Below are positions 19,084 to 28,245 of a DNA stretch of 64,000 bases, piece by piece; position 1 is the first letter of the stretch; every line of letters begins with the position of its first letter. The translations under genes were made by a program, and so were the position numbers. Location: IMG/VR virus record IMGVR_UViG_3300045988_073298, one strand, 5' to 3'. The stretch comes from a virus. The notes beneath the pieces were generated by a model. The model had not been told where the DNA came from. It worked only from the letters and a program-made list of their open reading frames with translations, and ran no database searches.

Positions 19084-19641
19084 ATGCCAAGTAAGTCGGT
19101 TAATATTACACTATCGACTCCAATTGGTCCTCTAGAAATATACGTAGATAAACGAGAACAAGCTCGTGCAGAAAGGTTGATTGCTAAAACTCCAAGTATC
19201 TTAACTAAGGGCTATGCGAAAGGTACAGAAAAGTTTGGCAATCAACTTCTTCGTATAGTAAGGAGAAGTTTAAATACTGGAGTACCTCCAAGAGGTTCTG
19301 GGGTATCTTGGCCACCTCATGCTCCCGGTACCCTAAAAAAATATGGAGACCATACTATGTTAAACCTCACCGGACAATATGCTCGGTCAGTTACTTTAGT
19401 AAAAGGTAAAAAGAGGACTTTTGTAGGTTTACCAATTGGAATCAGGAAGATTACTTATACTGGTAAGACTTCTAGAAAAACTTTGAATCAGATAGCTATC
19501 ATGTTAGAATACGGTAGCAGGGATGGTAATTTACCACCTCGTCCTCTATGGGGTCCTGCTTATAAAGCTGCTGGTGGAAAAGCAGCTTTACAAAAGGAGA
19601 TACGTAATGCGGTTAGAAATGAATTAAGAAAAGTAAAATAG
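19084..19641 (+). CDS. putative neck / tail-completion protein (HK97 gp10- or Mu G-like pattern)
   Basis: 185 aa. 'LRIVRRSLNTGVPPRGSGVSWPPHAPGTLKKYG...LTGQYARSVT' resembles the pattern of gp10-family connector proteins. Weak, by eye. Confidence 0.4.
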   Translation: MPSKSVNITLSTPIGPLEIYVDKREQARAERLIAKTPSILTKGYAKGTEKFGNQLLRIVRRSLNTGVPPRGSGVSWPPHAPGTLKKYGDHTMLNLTGQYARSVTLVKGKKRTFVGLPIGIRKITYTGKTSRKTLNQIAIMLEYGSRDGNLPPRPLWGPAYKAAGGKAALQKEIRNAVRNELRKVK

Positions 19642-19642
19642 T

Positions 19643-20572
19643 ATGTCGGATTTCGAAATATCTTCTTTATCAGGGACTGGTACTGCTACTATTAGAGTGA
19701 AGCCTAAAGCAGCTAATGAATCAGAATCTAGTAAAGAACAAGTAATAAAAGTGATAGTTCAGGGAGTAGAAAGGGAAGTTACTTTTATACAAAAGGGAAA
19801 ACCCCAAGTAGTAGAAACTTGGAAGCCCTTCCTTACTATTTCACCTGATAGTGATAGTTATACTTTTGAGGGTACCAAAAGGCTTGAGATTTGGGGAGTA
19901 TTAGTTTATAGTTATGAACAAAAATATATTGGTGGTGAACCTCAAGAAGAATATAGAGCCTTAGATTGGACTGTTGAAAATTCTTTGGATTGGTTAAATA
20001 TAACCAAAGAAATTGGGGAAGGTAATAATGCTGGAAAATTAACAGTTGAGACGCTCTCTTATAACAATGAATATGAAGCAGGCACCTATAACCCGAAGGA
20101 AAGAAGCGGCGTTATACGAATAGTATCTCAGGCTGGTACGAAAGATATAACTATAAAACAATCTCCTGGTAAAAGAACTACTGAGTATGGTTTTGAACCA
20201 ACTCCTAATATACCATTTCCCGGTATTGGACAAGGCAGTAGTACTGCTTCTATTAGGGGTGTAAAGGGATACCAATACTACCATATCAATGGTTATGAAG
20301 TGGCTAAGTTTGTAAAACAGTTTAAGATAATCGACATTAGTAAAACCATAGAAGGTACTCTTCCTGCTCTTGGGACAGACCCCGTTCCCTATAAAGTATG
20401 GCTTACTGATTACCCATCTAATATAAGTACTACTTGGGTTAGTGAATTAAATTGTACTGGCCATCTTGAAACCAACATATTCTCGATGGGGGGTATAGTT
20501 GTAACTTATAATGGGTACATAAATGATAACGGTAACAAAGAAGTTCAACTAACAATTAGATTAGGAAATTAA
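19643..20572 (+). CDS. BACON-like/Ig-like domain virion protein
   Basis: 309 aa. 'SGTGTATIRVKPKAANESESSKEQVIKVIVQGVEREVTFIQKG' and 'ERSGVIRIVSQAGTKDITIKQSPG' repeat the BACON-like signature seen in 15706-17490. Confidence 0.55.
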   Translation: MSDFEISSLSGTGTATIRVKPKAANESESSKEQVIKVIVQGVEREVTFIQKGKPQVVETWKPFLTISPDSDSYTFEGTKRLEIWGVLVYSYEQKYIGGEPQEEYRALDWTVENSLDWLNITKEIGEGNNAGKLTVETLSYNNEYEAGTYNPKERSGVIRIVSQAGTKDITIKQSPGKRTTEYGFEPTPNIPFPGIGQGSSTASIRGVKGYQYYHINGYEVAKFVKQFKIIDISKTIEGTLPALGTDPVPYKVWLTDYPSNISTTWVSELNCTGHLETNIFSMGGIVVTYNGYINDNGNKEVQLTIRLGN

Positions 20573-21276
20573 TGGTAAATTCAGAAGAGATAGTAGAGAG
20601 AACTTTTTATATCTCTTTACTAAGTACAATGTTAGAAATGGGTCTAACTCTGAATCCAGAAGACTTCTTACCTTTGTCTCAAGAAAACGAAAAAAGATTT
20701 CAAGAGGCAATTAAGAGTATGAAGAAGTTTATACCCTTATTTGGTATCGGGAATAATCAAGTGAAAGGCCCTAAAACTCTCCCAAGAATAACCATAGAAT
20801 TACAAGGTTATTATGCTGGGGATATAGGCGTGAATAAATACATAATAGGTGATAAACTTGAAGACGGTAATTACCAAGCTTCAGAGTTTCCTTATGAAAC
20901 AAAGGATATCACTATAGATGTACATCTAGTCTCTCAAACTCAAGCCGATATGAGATTACTTCATACGATTTTATATACCGGCTTACCTGCTAGAGGATAT
21001 ATAAGACCCTATTTTAATGACTTAGAGGAATGGGACAAGGGCAGGCTTGCACCAACCGGAAACCTATTCATTGAAATTGGTAACTATTATGATCATCCAG
21101 ATGTAGAACATGGTATACTCGAAAAGGTGTATACCTATGTATGTAAAGACGGTATTCTACCAGAAAAACTTTTGGAAGAGGGTACACTTACACCTATCAA
21201 GGATATATCAGTTCTCATTGGTTTGTTAGAACAAAATGAAAATGAAATGTTAGAGTTAAAAGTACCTAAGGCATAG
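20572..21276 (+). CDS. hypothetical protein upstream of sheath (possible tail terminator/sheath-associated)
   Basis: 234 aa. Called from position only. Confidence 0.45.
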   Translation: MVNSEEIVERTFYISLLSTMLEMGLTLNPEDFLPLSQENEKRFQEAIKSMKKFIPLFGIGNNQVKGPKTLPRITIELQGYYAGDIGVNKYIIGDKLEDGNYQASEFPYETKDITIDVHLVSQTQADMRLLHTILYTGLPARGYIRPYFNDLEEWDKGRLAPTGNLFIEIGNYYDHPDVEHGILEKVYTYVCKDGILPEKLLEEGTLTPIKDISVLIGLLEQNENEMLELKVPKA

Positions 21277-21332
21277 GTACAATACTCTAGGGTATAAATT
21301 AAACAAGTAATAACTTTAATCACAATAGAATT

Positions 21333-23102
21333 ATGCCAACTTCACCTCATGTAGACTTTAAGTTTAAGAACAATAATGTTCTTCAAACTACTCCTATGTT
21401 AGGAGTTTCTTGTGTATTGGCTAGAACTACTAAAGGTCCTTATGATGACCCTTCAGAAATCATCTCAACATTTACTCAGTTCCAAAGAATTTATGGTTCC
21501 GAGATAGTACCCGATGGATCTGTATCGAATATCGAAAAGGCTTTGCAAGGTGGTTCTAAGCTTCGTGTTATTCGAGTACTCGGTAAGGGAGCTACTCAAG
21601 GTACAGTAGCTGCAACTGCAGGTAAAGCCAAAACAGTTGCTAAATCAGAAGAGGAAGGTATATTACCTGCTTCTGCTACTCCAGACTCTGCTACTCCTGC
21701 AGCATTGATAACCATTGCTTCTGAGGGAACTACTTATAGTTTGGGATTGGTAACCAAAGGTTACGGTGACCCAATCGGTAGTACTGATACATTCCAAGTA
21801 GGTTTTTATAAACAAGCTAACACTTTGTATTATAAAATCTACTCGGGCAATGGCCAGGTACTTGAACAAGGTCCGGTAGTAACTTATAAAACTGCCGATG
21901 ATAACAATAATACTTCGGTAGATTACCTTGCTCTTAGTGCCTTTGCTAAGAACTCAGAGTATATCAAACCGGTAGTTGTAGCTGGCTCATCTTTTGAGAA
22001 CCTTATAAAATGGTTAACTGATGCTGTAGATGGTACAAAAAATGCAGTTACAGTGACTGTAGGTGGGGCTGCTCCTACTGATACCGAGAAAATGTTTACT
22101 GGTACAGTGGGTAGTGCTGGAACTACCCCTACTGCAGATGAATGGATTGCTTCCTTGGACTTGGTAAAAGACTACACTGATTTCTACCAATTATTCATTT
22201 CCCATATCTCTCAACATCTTACGGCTGATGCCGATGTACTTAAGGTATATAAGGCTGCTGCAGATATGGCAAAAGAATTGATGGAATGGGTACTTTATAT
22301 CGAAGTTCCGAAACACCTAACCCATTATACTCAAGGTACACAACCCAGAGATTACAAAGCTCAGGTTACTTGGGTACAGACTTGTCTTGGTACTGTAGGT
22401 AATTCTAAGTACATTGCTTATTTTGGTGGTGGACTTAAATATTACAATGAAAATGGAAACCTTCAGGATTCCGATGTAGTGGGTACTATCACTGGTTTGG
22501 GAGATGCTTCTGCTACTCAGTATGGGCCTTGGAAATCATTTGCTGGTATGAACCGTGGAGTAATTGGGGATGCCGTTGGACCAGTATGTCCGAACTATGG
22601 CTCTCCTTCTCGATATAATGAACTGAACACCCTTGCTCAGAATTATATCAATGAGATGGTAATCAAAGATACTCCCGATGCAGGTAAACAAACCATGCTA
22701 TGGCATTGCTTCTCTTCTCAGGTAAAACAGGATTCAGAAAGATTCCTTTCAATCGTAAGATTGAATTTGTATCTGAAGAAGTTCCTTCGTCCAGTACTTA
22801 ACAAGTATTTGGAAGAACCAAACGTTTGGAGTACTTGGAAGAGAATCTGGTTGGAAGTTAAACCTACTCTGGATTCATTGGTAGATGAAGATGCCATGAC
22901 AGAATATACCTGGATGGGTGACCAGGATGCAACTTCTTGGGATGACCTTTCGGTAAATAACGAAGCAGATGCTCGTCAAGGTAAGTACCGTGCTATCCTT
23001 AAGTATAAGGATGTAGTTCCTATGCAAGAGGTAACTATGGAGATTGTAATTGATGCAGCTTCTAAAGCTGTATCAGTCATAGAAACAAGTAATAACCTAT
23101 AA
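21333..23102 (+). CDS. tail sheath protein
   Basis: 589 aa immediately upstream of the tube gene. The C-terminal region 'WKSFAGMNRGVIGDAVGPV...LNTLAQNYINEMVIKDTP..GKQTMLWHCFSS' fits the conserved sheath C-terminal pattern. Confidence 0.75.
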   Translation: MPTSPHVDFKFKNNNVLQTTPMLGVSCVLARTTKGPYDDPSEIISTFTQFQRIYGSEIVPDGSVSNIEKALQGGSKLRVIRVLGKGATQGTVAATAGKAKTVAKSEEEGILPASATPDSATPAALITIASEGTTYSLGLVTKGYGDPIGSTDTFQVGFYKQANTLYYKIYSGNGQVLEQGPVVTYKTADDNNNTSVDYLALSAFAKNSEYIKPVVVAGSSFENLIKWLTDAVDGTKNAVTVTVGGAAPTDTEKMFTGTVGSAGTTPTADEWIASLDLVKDYTDFYQLFISHISQHLTADADVLKVYKAAADMAKELMEWVLYIEVPKHLTHYTQGTQPRDYKAQVTWVQTCLGTVGNSKYIAYFGGGLKYYNENGNLQDSDVVGTITGLGDASATQYGPWKSFAGMNRGVIGDAVGPVCPNYGSPSRYNELNTLAQNYINEMVIKDTPDAGKQTMLWHCFSSQVKQDSERFLSIVRLNLYLKKFLRPVLNKYLEEPNVWSTWKRIWLEVKPTLDSLVDEDAMTEYTWMGDQDATSWDDLSVNNEADARQGKYRAILKYKDVVPMQEVTMEIVIDAASKAVSVIETSNNL

Positions 23103-23112
23103 ACATATAACG

Positions 23113-23577
23113 ATGGGAGCAAAAGTAAAAAATCCCCGGAAGAAATTCTTGTGGAGTATCATGTTCCCCAAACACCCTATCAATACTTATCTATTCCAAA
23201 GTTGTACTTTGCCTGATATTGAGATTGACCAGGTGGCTCATGGGGATGTCAATAGAGATGTTAAAACTGCTGGTAGGGTTACTATAGGTAATCTTATCGT
23301 AGAGAAACTTATGACTACTGCGGGTTCAGATACCTGGCTTCATGACTGGCTCTATTCTTGCCAAGACCATATAGTTGGTGGTGGCTTAGTACCAAGCCAA
23401 TATTGGGAAACGGCTATTGTAAACGAACTTGCCGAAGATGGAGTTTCGGTTCTTAATACCCACGTCTTCGAAGAGGTATGGCCATGTAAGATTACCGGCT
23501 TAGACTTGGACAGAATGGCTTCAGAGAATACCATAGAGTCCATAGAGTTCTCGGTGGGTACTGCAGACAAATACTAA
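23113..23577 (+). CDS. tail tube protein
   Basis: 154 aa. 'FLWSIMFPK...YLFQSCTLPDIEIDQV' resembles T4 gp19-type tube proteins. Sheath-tube-chaperone-tape measure order. Confidence 0.75.
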   Translation: MGAKVKNPRKKFLWSIMFPKHPINTYLFQSCTLPDIEIDQVAHGDVNRDVKTAGRVTIGNLIVEKLMTTAGSDTWLHDWLYSCQDHIVGGGLVPSQYWETAIVNELAEDGVSVLNTHVFEEVWPCKITGLDLDRMASENTIESIEFSVGTADKY

Positions 23578-23609
23578 TTCCTTAGTCTATTTTCACTAAG
23601 ATTCGGTGG

Positions 23610-23650
23610 AGGGGTGGGATTCCTGTGATAGGAGCTCACCCCTTTCTTGT
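23610..23650 (+). terminator. hairpin terminator after tube gene
   Basis: AGGGGTG...(inner TCCT/AGGA stem)...CACCCCT followed by TTTCTTGTTGTT. Confidence 0.5.
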
Positions 23651-23700
23651 TGTTATACGGAGTACTATGAACATTTGTAAACATTAAATATATCAAAATT

Positions 23701-24465
23701 ATGGAATTTAGAACATTTAGATTTACCGGACCCTCTGGTTTCGAATATGAAATTAGAGAACAAAATGGAGCTGATGAAGACATTCTCAGTAATCTTTCAG
23801 ACATGAAAACTTTAATGAACCTTACTAAGTTCATTGCAGCAATCGTAATTAGAACTAATGCCACTCCTAACGGTAAGCTAACCGTTGATGATGCTCTTAA
23901 TTTACCAGTCCATGACCGATATGCTATTATCTTCAATTCTCGAATTTTCTCATTGGGTGAAGAAGTAGAATTTGAATATGATTGGGGTAAAGAGAACGGT
24001 GGTAAAGTTACTTATGGCCAAGACCTTCATGAGTTCCTTTTCGATTATTCAGAAGTACCCACTGATAGTAGTGCATTCGATGAAAAACCCGATGCCATCC
24101 CTTATTATCCGAAGGGTATTCAATTAACCGGCCATGAATATCTTCTTTCATCGGGCAAGAAAATTAAATTCGATTGTATGACTGGTAAGGGAGAACAAGA
24201 GGTCATGAAGTTACCCTTGGATAAACAAACTAAGAATGCCCCACTACTTTGTCGGAATCTTTACTTAGAAGTAGATGGTAATTGGGAGAAGGTAGAAAAC
24301 TTTACTCCCTTTACTGCAAAGGATATGGCTGAGATGAGAAAGTATATAATCTCCATTGACCCTATCTTTAAGGGAGAATCCCATATTACTAATCCCTTAA
24401 CTGGAGAAGAAAGAACTTATCCTATAGTTTGGGCACCAAATTTTTTCTACCTGACGGAAGAGTAA
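23701..24465 (+). CDS. tail assembly chaperone (zero-frame product)
   Basis: 254 aa, acidic, located between tube and tape measure. Carries an in-frame slippery heptamer near its 3' end. Confidence 0.65.
   Translation: MEFRTFRFTGPSGFEYEIREQNGADEDILSNLSDMKTLMNLTKFIAAIVIRTNATPNGKLTVDDALNLPVHDRYAIIFNSRIFSLGEEVEFEYDWGKENGGKVTYGQDLHEFLFDYSEVPTDSSAFDEKPDAIPYYPKGIQLTGHEYLLSSGKKIKFDCMTGKGEQEVMKLPLDKQTKNAPLLCRNLYLEVDGNWEKVENFTPFTAKDMAEMRKYIISIDPIFKGESHITNPLTGEERTYPIVWAPNFFYLTEE
24438..24444 (+). other. candidate -1 programmed ribosomal frameshift site A_AAT_TTT
   Basis: The zero frame reads ccA AAT TTT ttc, i.e. X_XXY_YYZ in the correct phase, 19 nt before the stop. The -1 frame is open from here to 24608. 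Confidence 0.5.
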
Positions 24466-24608
24466 TGTTAGAAAGTGATTTTGTTTATATCACCAGAGCC
24501 GAGATAGCCTTAGACTATTTCGGCTTTTTACGTCTTCCGTATAGAATTAGAAAAATCTTCAAAGAGATGGCCGAACAGTATTATAAACAATTAAAGAAAA
24601 GAAAATAA
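24465..24608 (+). CDS. -1 frame extension of the tail chaperone (47 codons; could also be read as a separate TAATG-coupled mini-ORF)
   Basis: Open frame 'MLESDFVYITRAEIALDYFGFLRLPYRIRKIFKEMAEQYYKQLKKRK' fills the whole gap to the tape measure start (24612). It is in the -1 frame relative to 23701-24465. Confidence 0.5.
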   Translation: MLESDFVYITRAEIALDYFGFLRLPYRIRKIFKEMAEQYYKQLKKRK

Positions 24609-24611
24609 ATT

Positions 24612-26552
24612 ATGAATACCAGTAGGAGTATAGTAGAGGTCGGTGTTGCCATGGTATTAAAAGACCGATTCTCTCAAGAGGCTGGCAAGATATCTGGGTC
24701 ATTCAGAACTATGATGAATGACATGAGTACCTGGAATAGAGGTATACAGATGTCAGCTTCTAATACAATGGACTTCGGAATGCAGCTCGTAGGGGGAATG
24801 GCAAGGGCCTATAAATACTCTGCGGGTGTTCAGAATGAAGTTTGGACTGCTTCAAAAATTGCTGGTGCTACCATTGCAGAACAAAGAGAAATGTTACAAT
24901 TGGCAAAGGATGTCAATGAGATAACTCCTCTTACTGCTTCCGATGTTGCATCAGGACAAAGGTACCTGGCTATGGCAGGTAATAAATTCGATGCTATTAA
25001 GGAGATGATTGGGCCGGCATCCAAGCTGGCTTCAATCTTTACTATGCCAGTGGGACAGAAAGGTGGTGTAGCTGACTTGATGACTAATATCATGTCAATG
25101 TACCAAATCCCAATGGGAGAAGCCGCTAGAGTAACCGATGACTTATATACTGCAGTTACTAATGCAAATATATCTTTGACAGACTTAGCCCAGTCCATAT
25201 CTTATGCCGGGGCAGATATGGCAACTGCTGGAGTAGACCTTCGGCAAACGGCTGCTGCTATTGGTGTATTGGGAGATATGGGTATACAAGGTTCTATGGC
25301 AGGTACTTCACTGGCTAATATGATTCGTTACTTACAACTCTCTCTTGTTAATCAAAAAAAGAAAGGCTATAACGCTTTAGCAGACTTGGGCTTAAGTCCG
25401 GATGAGTTTTTCGATGCTCAGGGTAACCTTATAGATCTTTACACCATCTATCAGAAATTTGCCAAGGCGGCAGTAGATTTACCTTCACGAATAGAAACAC
25501 CAACCTTCTTCAATATATTTGGTGTTCGTGGTAATCGAGGCATGCTTCCAGTACTTAGAGATATTGCTTCGGGTAGAGATAAGATGGGTAAGATACTTGC
25601 AACCTATGACCAAAATATGGGGGCAGTAAATAGACTTAATGAAGAACGTCTTAAAACCGATGCGGGTGTTATTGACCAATTCGAATCAAGTCTAGAAAAC
25701 TTAACCGTTACTGCAGGAGCAGCTTTGGGTAGAATATTTACCCCAGTACTTAATGTGGGCCATTCTATCATCAAAATAATAAATTCTATCTCTGAAACTT
25801 GGGCTGGTAGCTTTGCTCTTAGAGTAGGGGCTACAGCAGTAGTGGTTGGTACCATTGTTGCAGGGTTTAATACTGTAAGAGGTATTATAAGGTCGGTTGG
25901 ATATTTACAAACTATTGCCACTGCTTCTACTGAGGGTATGTCTGCAGCAGCCATTAAAACAAACACCCAATTCGCTATCATGGAAGCTCATATGATAAGT
26001 ATGGTAAATCTCATGAGAACTATGGTTCAATTGCAGATGATGATGGGTGGAGTTAGTATGAATAGAGCTGGTAGATTTTATAATACCCAAACTGGTAGAT
26101 ATGTTAAGACCCCAAATCCTGGAATGTCTCCAGCCACTTCACTCATTGGAGGTGTAGTTGGGGGTACTGTAGCTAACCAAGCTGGTAAACAAGCTGCTAA
26201 AACTGTTGCTACTAAGGGTTTAGCTTCGGTAGGCGGTAGATTATTGGGCTTACTTGGTGGACCATGGGGATTAGCTATTACCGTAGGTTTACCCTTACTA
26301 ATAGAAGTAGGTAGTAGACTTATAGATTCAGTAGATAGAAATACTAATGCCCAAGGGGATAAGAATAAAGAAGACCCAACAACTATTCGGGCTCAAAATG
26401 AAGAGAGATTTATTAATGCTGTAAGATTAGCCATCAAGGAGGGTATGAGAGATTCTCGGATTAATATTTCTGTAGATGGCCAAGCAGTTGGGGATTATGC
26501 CCCAGGTTCTCAACAAGATTTTACTGGGGCAGCATTTGTAATGGGCTTATAA
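24612..26552 (+). CDS. tail tape measure protein
   Basis: 646 aa. 'DLRQTAAAIGVLGDMGIQGSMAGTSLANMIRYL' matches the TP901-type tape measure core. Gly/Ala-rich hydrophobic C-terminal segments. Confidence 0.85.
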   Translation: MNTSRSIVEVGVAMVLKDRFSQEAGKISGSFRTMMNDMSTWNRGIQMSASNTMDFGMQLVGGMARAYKYSAGVQNEVWTASKIAGATIAEQREMLQLAKDVNEITPLTASDVASGQRYLAMAGNKFDAIKEMIGPASKLASIFTMPVGQKGGVADLMTNIMSMYQIPMGEAARVTDDLYTAVTNANISLTDLAQSISYAGADMATAGVDLRQTAAAIGVLGDMGIQGSMAGTSLANMIRYLQLSLVNQKKKGYNALADLGLSPDEFFDAQGNLIDLYTIYQKFAKAAVDLPSRIETPTFFNIFGVRGNRGMLPVLRDIASGRDKMGKILATYDQNMGAVNRLNEERLKTDAGVIDQFESSLENLTVTAGAALGRIFTPVLNVGHSIIKIINSISETWAGSFALRVGATAVVVGTIVAGFNTVRGIIRSVGYLQTIATASTEGMSAAAIKTNTQFAIMEAHMISMVNLMRTMVQLQMMMGGVSMNRAGRFYNTQTGRYVKTPNPGMSPATSLIGGVVGGTVANQAGKQAAKTVATKGLASVGGRLLGLLGGPWGLAITVGLPLLIEVGSRLIDSVDRNTNAQGDKNKEDPTTIRAQNEERFINAVRLAIKEGMRDSRINISVDGQAVGDYAPGSQQDFTGAAFVMGL

Positions 26553-26563
26553 ACTAAAACACT

Positions 26564-27481
26564 ATGGCTAGAGTATTAAATAAGGCAGCAGGTAAGGTTG
26601 TTGAAAAGTATAATGACCTTACAAGGGATACCGCAGGAGTTCTTACGGGTCCCTTAAATAAACTATGGAGAGCCAGGATATTACTCAATAGGAATACATC
26701 TACACTTCCAAAAGATGATGCTCTAAAAGGTAAACTCTATAATCCTAATGGGGTTATAGGAGAGGCTCAGATATCTTCCAAGAATCCAACATTGAATAAA
26801 CAACTCCAGGAAAAATGGCGAATGGAATTGCAATTCCCTAGAATAGAAGAAGGTGAAGGAGTGGATCCTGCAAAAGGTAACAAGAATACTACCAATCATC
26901 GAAACTTTGAAGTAAAAGCCGATATTATGTATCAGAATGAGGTAAGGATATATAATATGACCGTTAATCCAACTCAATACATTGTTTTACAAAATAGACC
27001 TCCAGAATTGGATTTTCGAGGTGAAACAACATGGGCAACCATTAAGTCTATGGGACGCAATGTACCAATGTATCACTATACTGGGGCTGAAGACATTATT
27101 CAATTTAATGTATCATGGTACTGTAATGACCCAGAGAATCCCGAAGAGGTAATAAATAAATGTAGGTTATTAGAAGCATGGTCTAAATCAAATGGTTACC
27201 AAGCTGCTCCTCCAATTGTTAAAATAGAATGGGGTGATTCTGGTATATTTGATAATCACAATTACATACTTACTTCAGCAACTTATACTCTGAAGAATTT
27301 TCAGAATGGTTATAGGATAAGGGTACCGGGAAAGCCGGCTACTTTTGGAAATGGTAGGTTATTACCTGCAGCAGCAACCCAAGAATTGATTTTCAAGAGA
27401 GTAAGTGCATATAACTTATCCTATGGAGATTTTATAAATTCTGATTCACTTAAAAAGACGGGAGGTATTAAATATGATTGA
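26564..27481 (+). CDS. putative baseplate tube-initiator-like protein
   Basis: 305 aa between tape measure and LysM protein. 'PPELDFRGETTWATIKSMGRNVPMYHYTGAEDIIQFNVSW...APPIVKIEWGDSGIF' resembles tube-fold proteins that are fused to LysM in other contractile systems. Inference. Confidence 0.4.
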   Translation: MARVLNKAAGKVVEKYNDLTRDTAGVLTGPLNKLWRARILLNRNTSTLPKDDALKGKLYNPNGVIGEAQISSKNPTLNKQLQEKWRMELQFPRIEEGEGVDPAKGNKNTTNHRNFEVKADIMYQNEVRIYNMTVNPTQYIVLQNRPPELDFRGETTWATIKSMGRNVPMYHYTGAEDIIQFNVSWYCNDPENPEEVINKCRLLEAWSKSNGYQAAPPIVKIEWGDSGIFDNHNYILTSATYTLKNFQNGYRIRVPGKPATFGNGRLLPAAATQELIFKRVSAYNLSYGDFINSDSLKKTGGIKYD

Positions 27482-27764
27482 TGTTAACCAATATATAAAG
27501 GGAGCTAGCCCATATAATGATGCCTATGCTTTGAAATACGAAGATGGGGATTATTCCTTAGAGGCCAATCCCCCAGTAGTACCCTCATCTGCAAACGATA
27601 TTCAGCATACCGTTAAAGATGGGGAAACTTTACAGAATATCGCTTTTAGATATTATGGAGATTCTGGGAAATGGTATATTATAGCAGAAGCTAATAAGAT
27701 ACTAAATCCCTTTAGGGAATTAGAAATGGGAACTTTAATAAGAATACCAATCTATGGCAGCTAA
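27474..27764 (+). CDS. LysM-domain tail protein (P2 gpX-like)
   Basis: 96 aa. 'HTVKDGETLQNIAFRYYGDSGKWYIIAEANKILNP..LEMGTLIRIP' is a clear LysM motif. Position is upstream of the hub. Confidence 0.7.
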   Translation: MIDVNQYIKGASPYNDAYALKYEDGDYSLEANPPVVPSSANDIQHTVKDGETLQNIAFRYYGDSGKWYIIAEANKILNPFRELEMGTLIRIPIYGS

Positions 27765-28245
27765 ACAGAAACCAATACTGTATAATGGAATGGGTCAACC
27801 ATATTTGGCCCTTTTCAATTTTGGAGGTATGCCCATAATGAATCCTCTTACGGGTATACCCCTTGGAGCGTATATAAGCACCTGGAATTATAGATATGAC
27901 GAAGAAAAAGAAAATTTGGCTACACTTACCTTTGATACGGGTAATCCTGATACTGTAGATATTGCTGATATACAAGAGAATCAACAAATCTGTCTTCAGT
28001 GGGGTTATATTTACCCAGATGGTCAATTTATATCGGGACCTATAAAAATACTAAAGGTAAGAGAATTCGAGGCAGTATTCGATTCTACAGGTACTCATGT
28101 AACTATCAAGTGCATTGATTCTACTGGGGATTTAAGATTTCAACCGGCTTATGTTCATTCGGATATGGAGGGTTATAAATTATCTACCTATTTAGATAAT
28201 GGCTGTGGGAATGCTACTGGTGTAATCATAGAAATATTTCAGTAA
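27754..28245 (+). CDS. baseplate hub-associated protein (resembles the N-terminal part of gpD/Mu gpP)
   Basis: 163 aa. 'ICLQWGYIYPDGQFISGPIKILKVREFEAVFDSTGTHVTIKCID'. TAATG-coupled to the next gene. Confidence 0.45.
   Translation: MAAKQKPILYNGMGQPYLALFNFGGMPIMNPLTGIPLGAYISTWNYRYDEEKENLATLTFDTGNPDTVDIADIQENQQICLQWGYIYPDGQFISGPIKILKVREFEAVFDSTGTHVTIKCIDSTGDLRFQPAYVHSDMEGYKLSTYLDNGCGNATGVIIEIFQ

Noticed and set aside
23574-23936. 120-aa minus-strand ORF spanning the tube-chaperone intergenic region
   Set aside because: It overlaps the start of the chaperone gene and the terminator hairpins. It has no motifs and is antisense to the operon.
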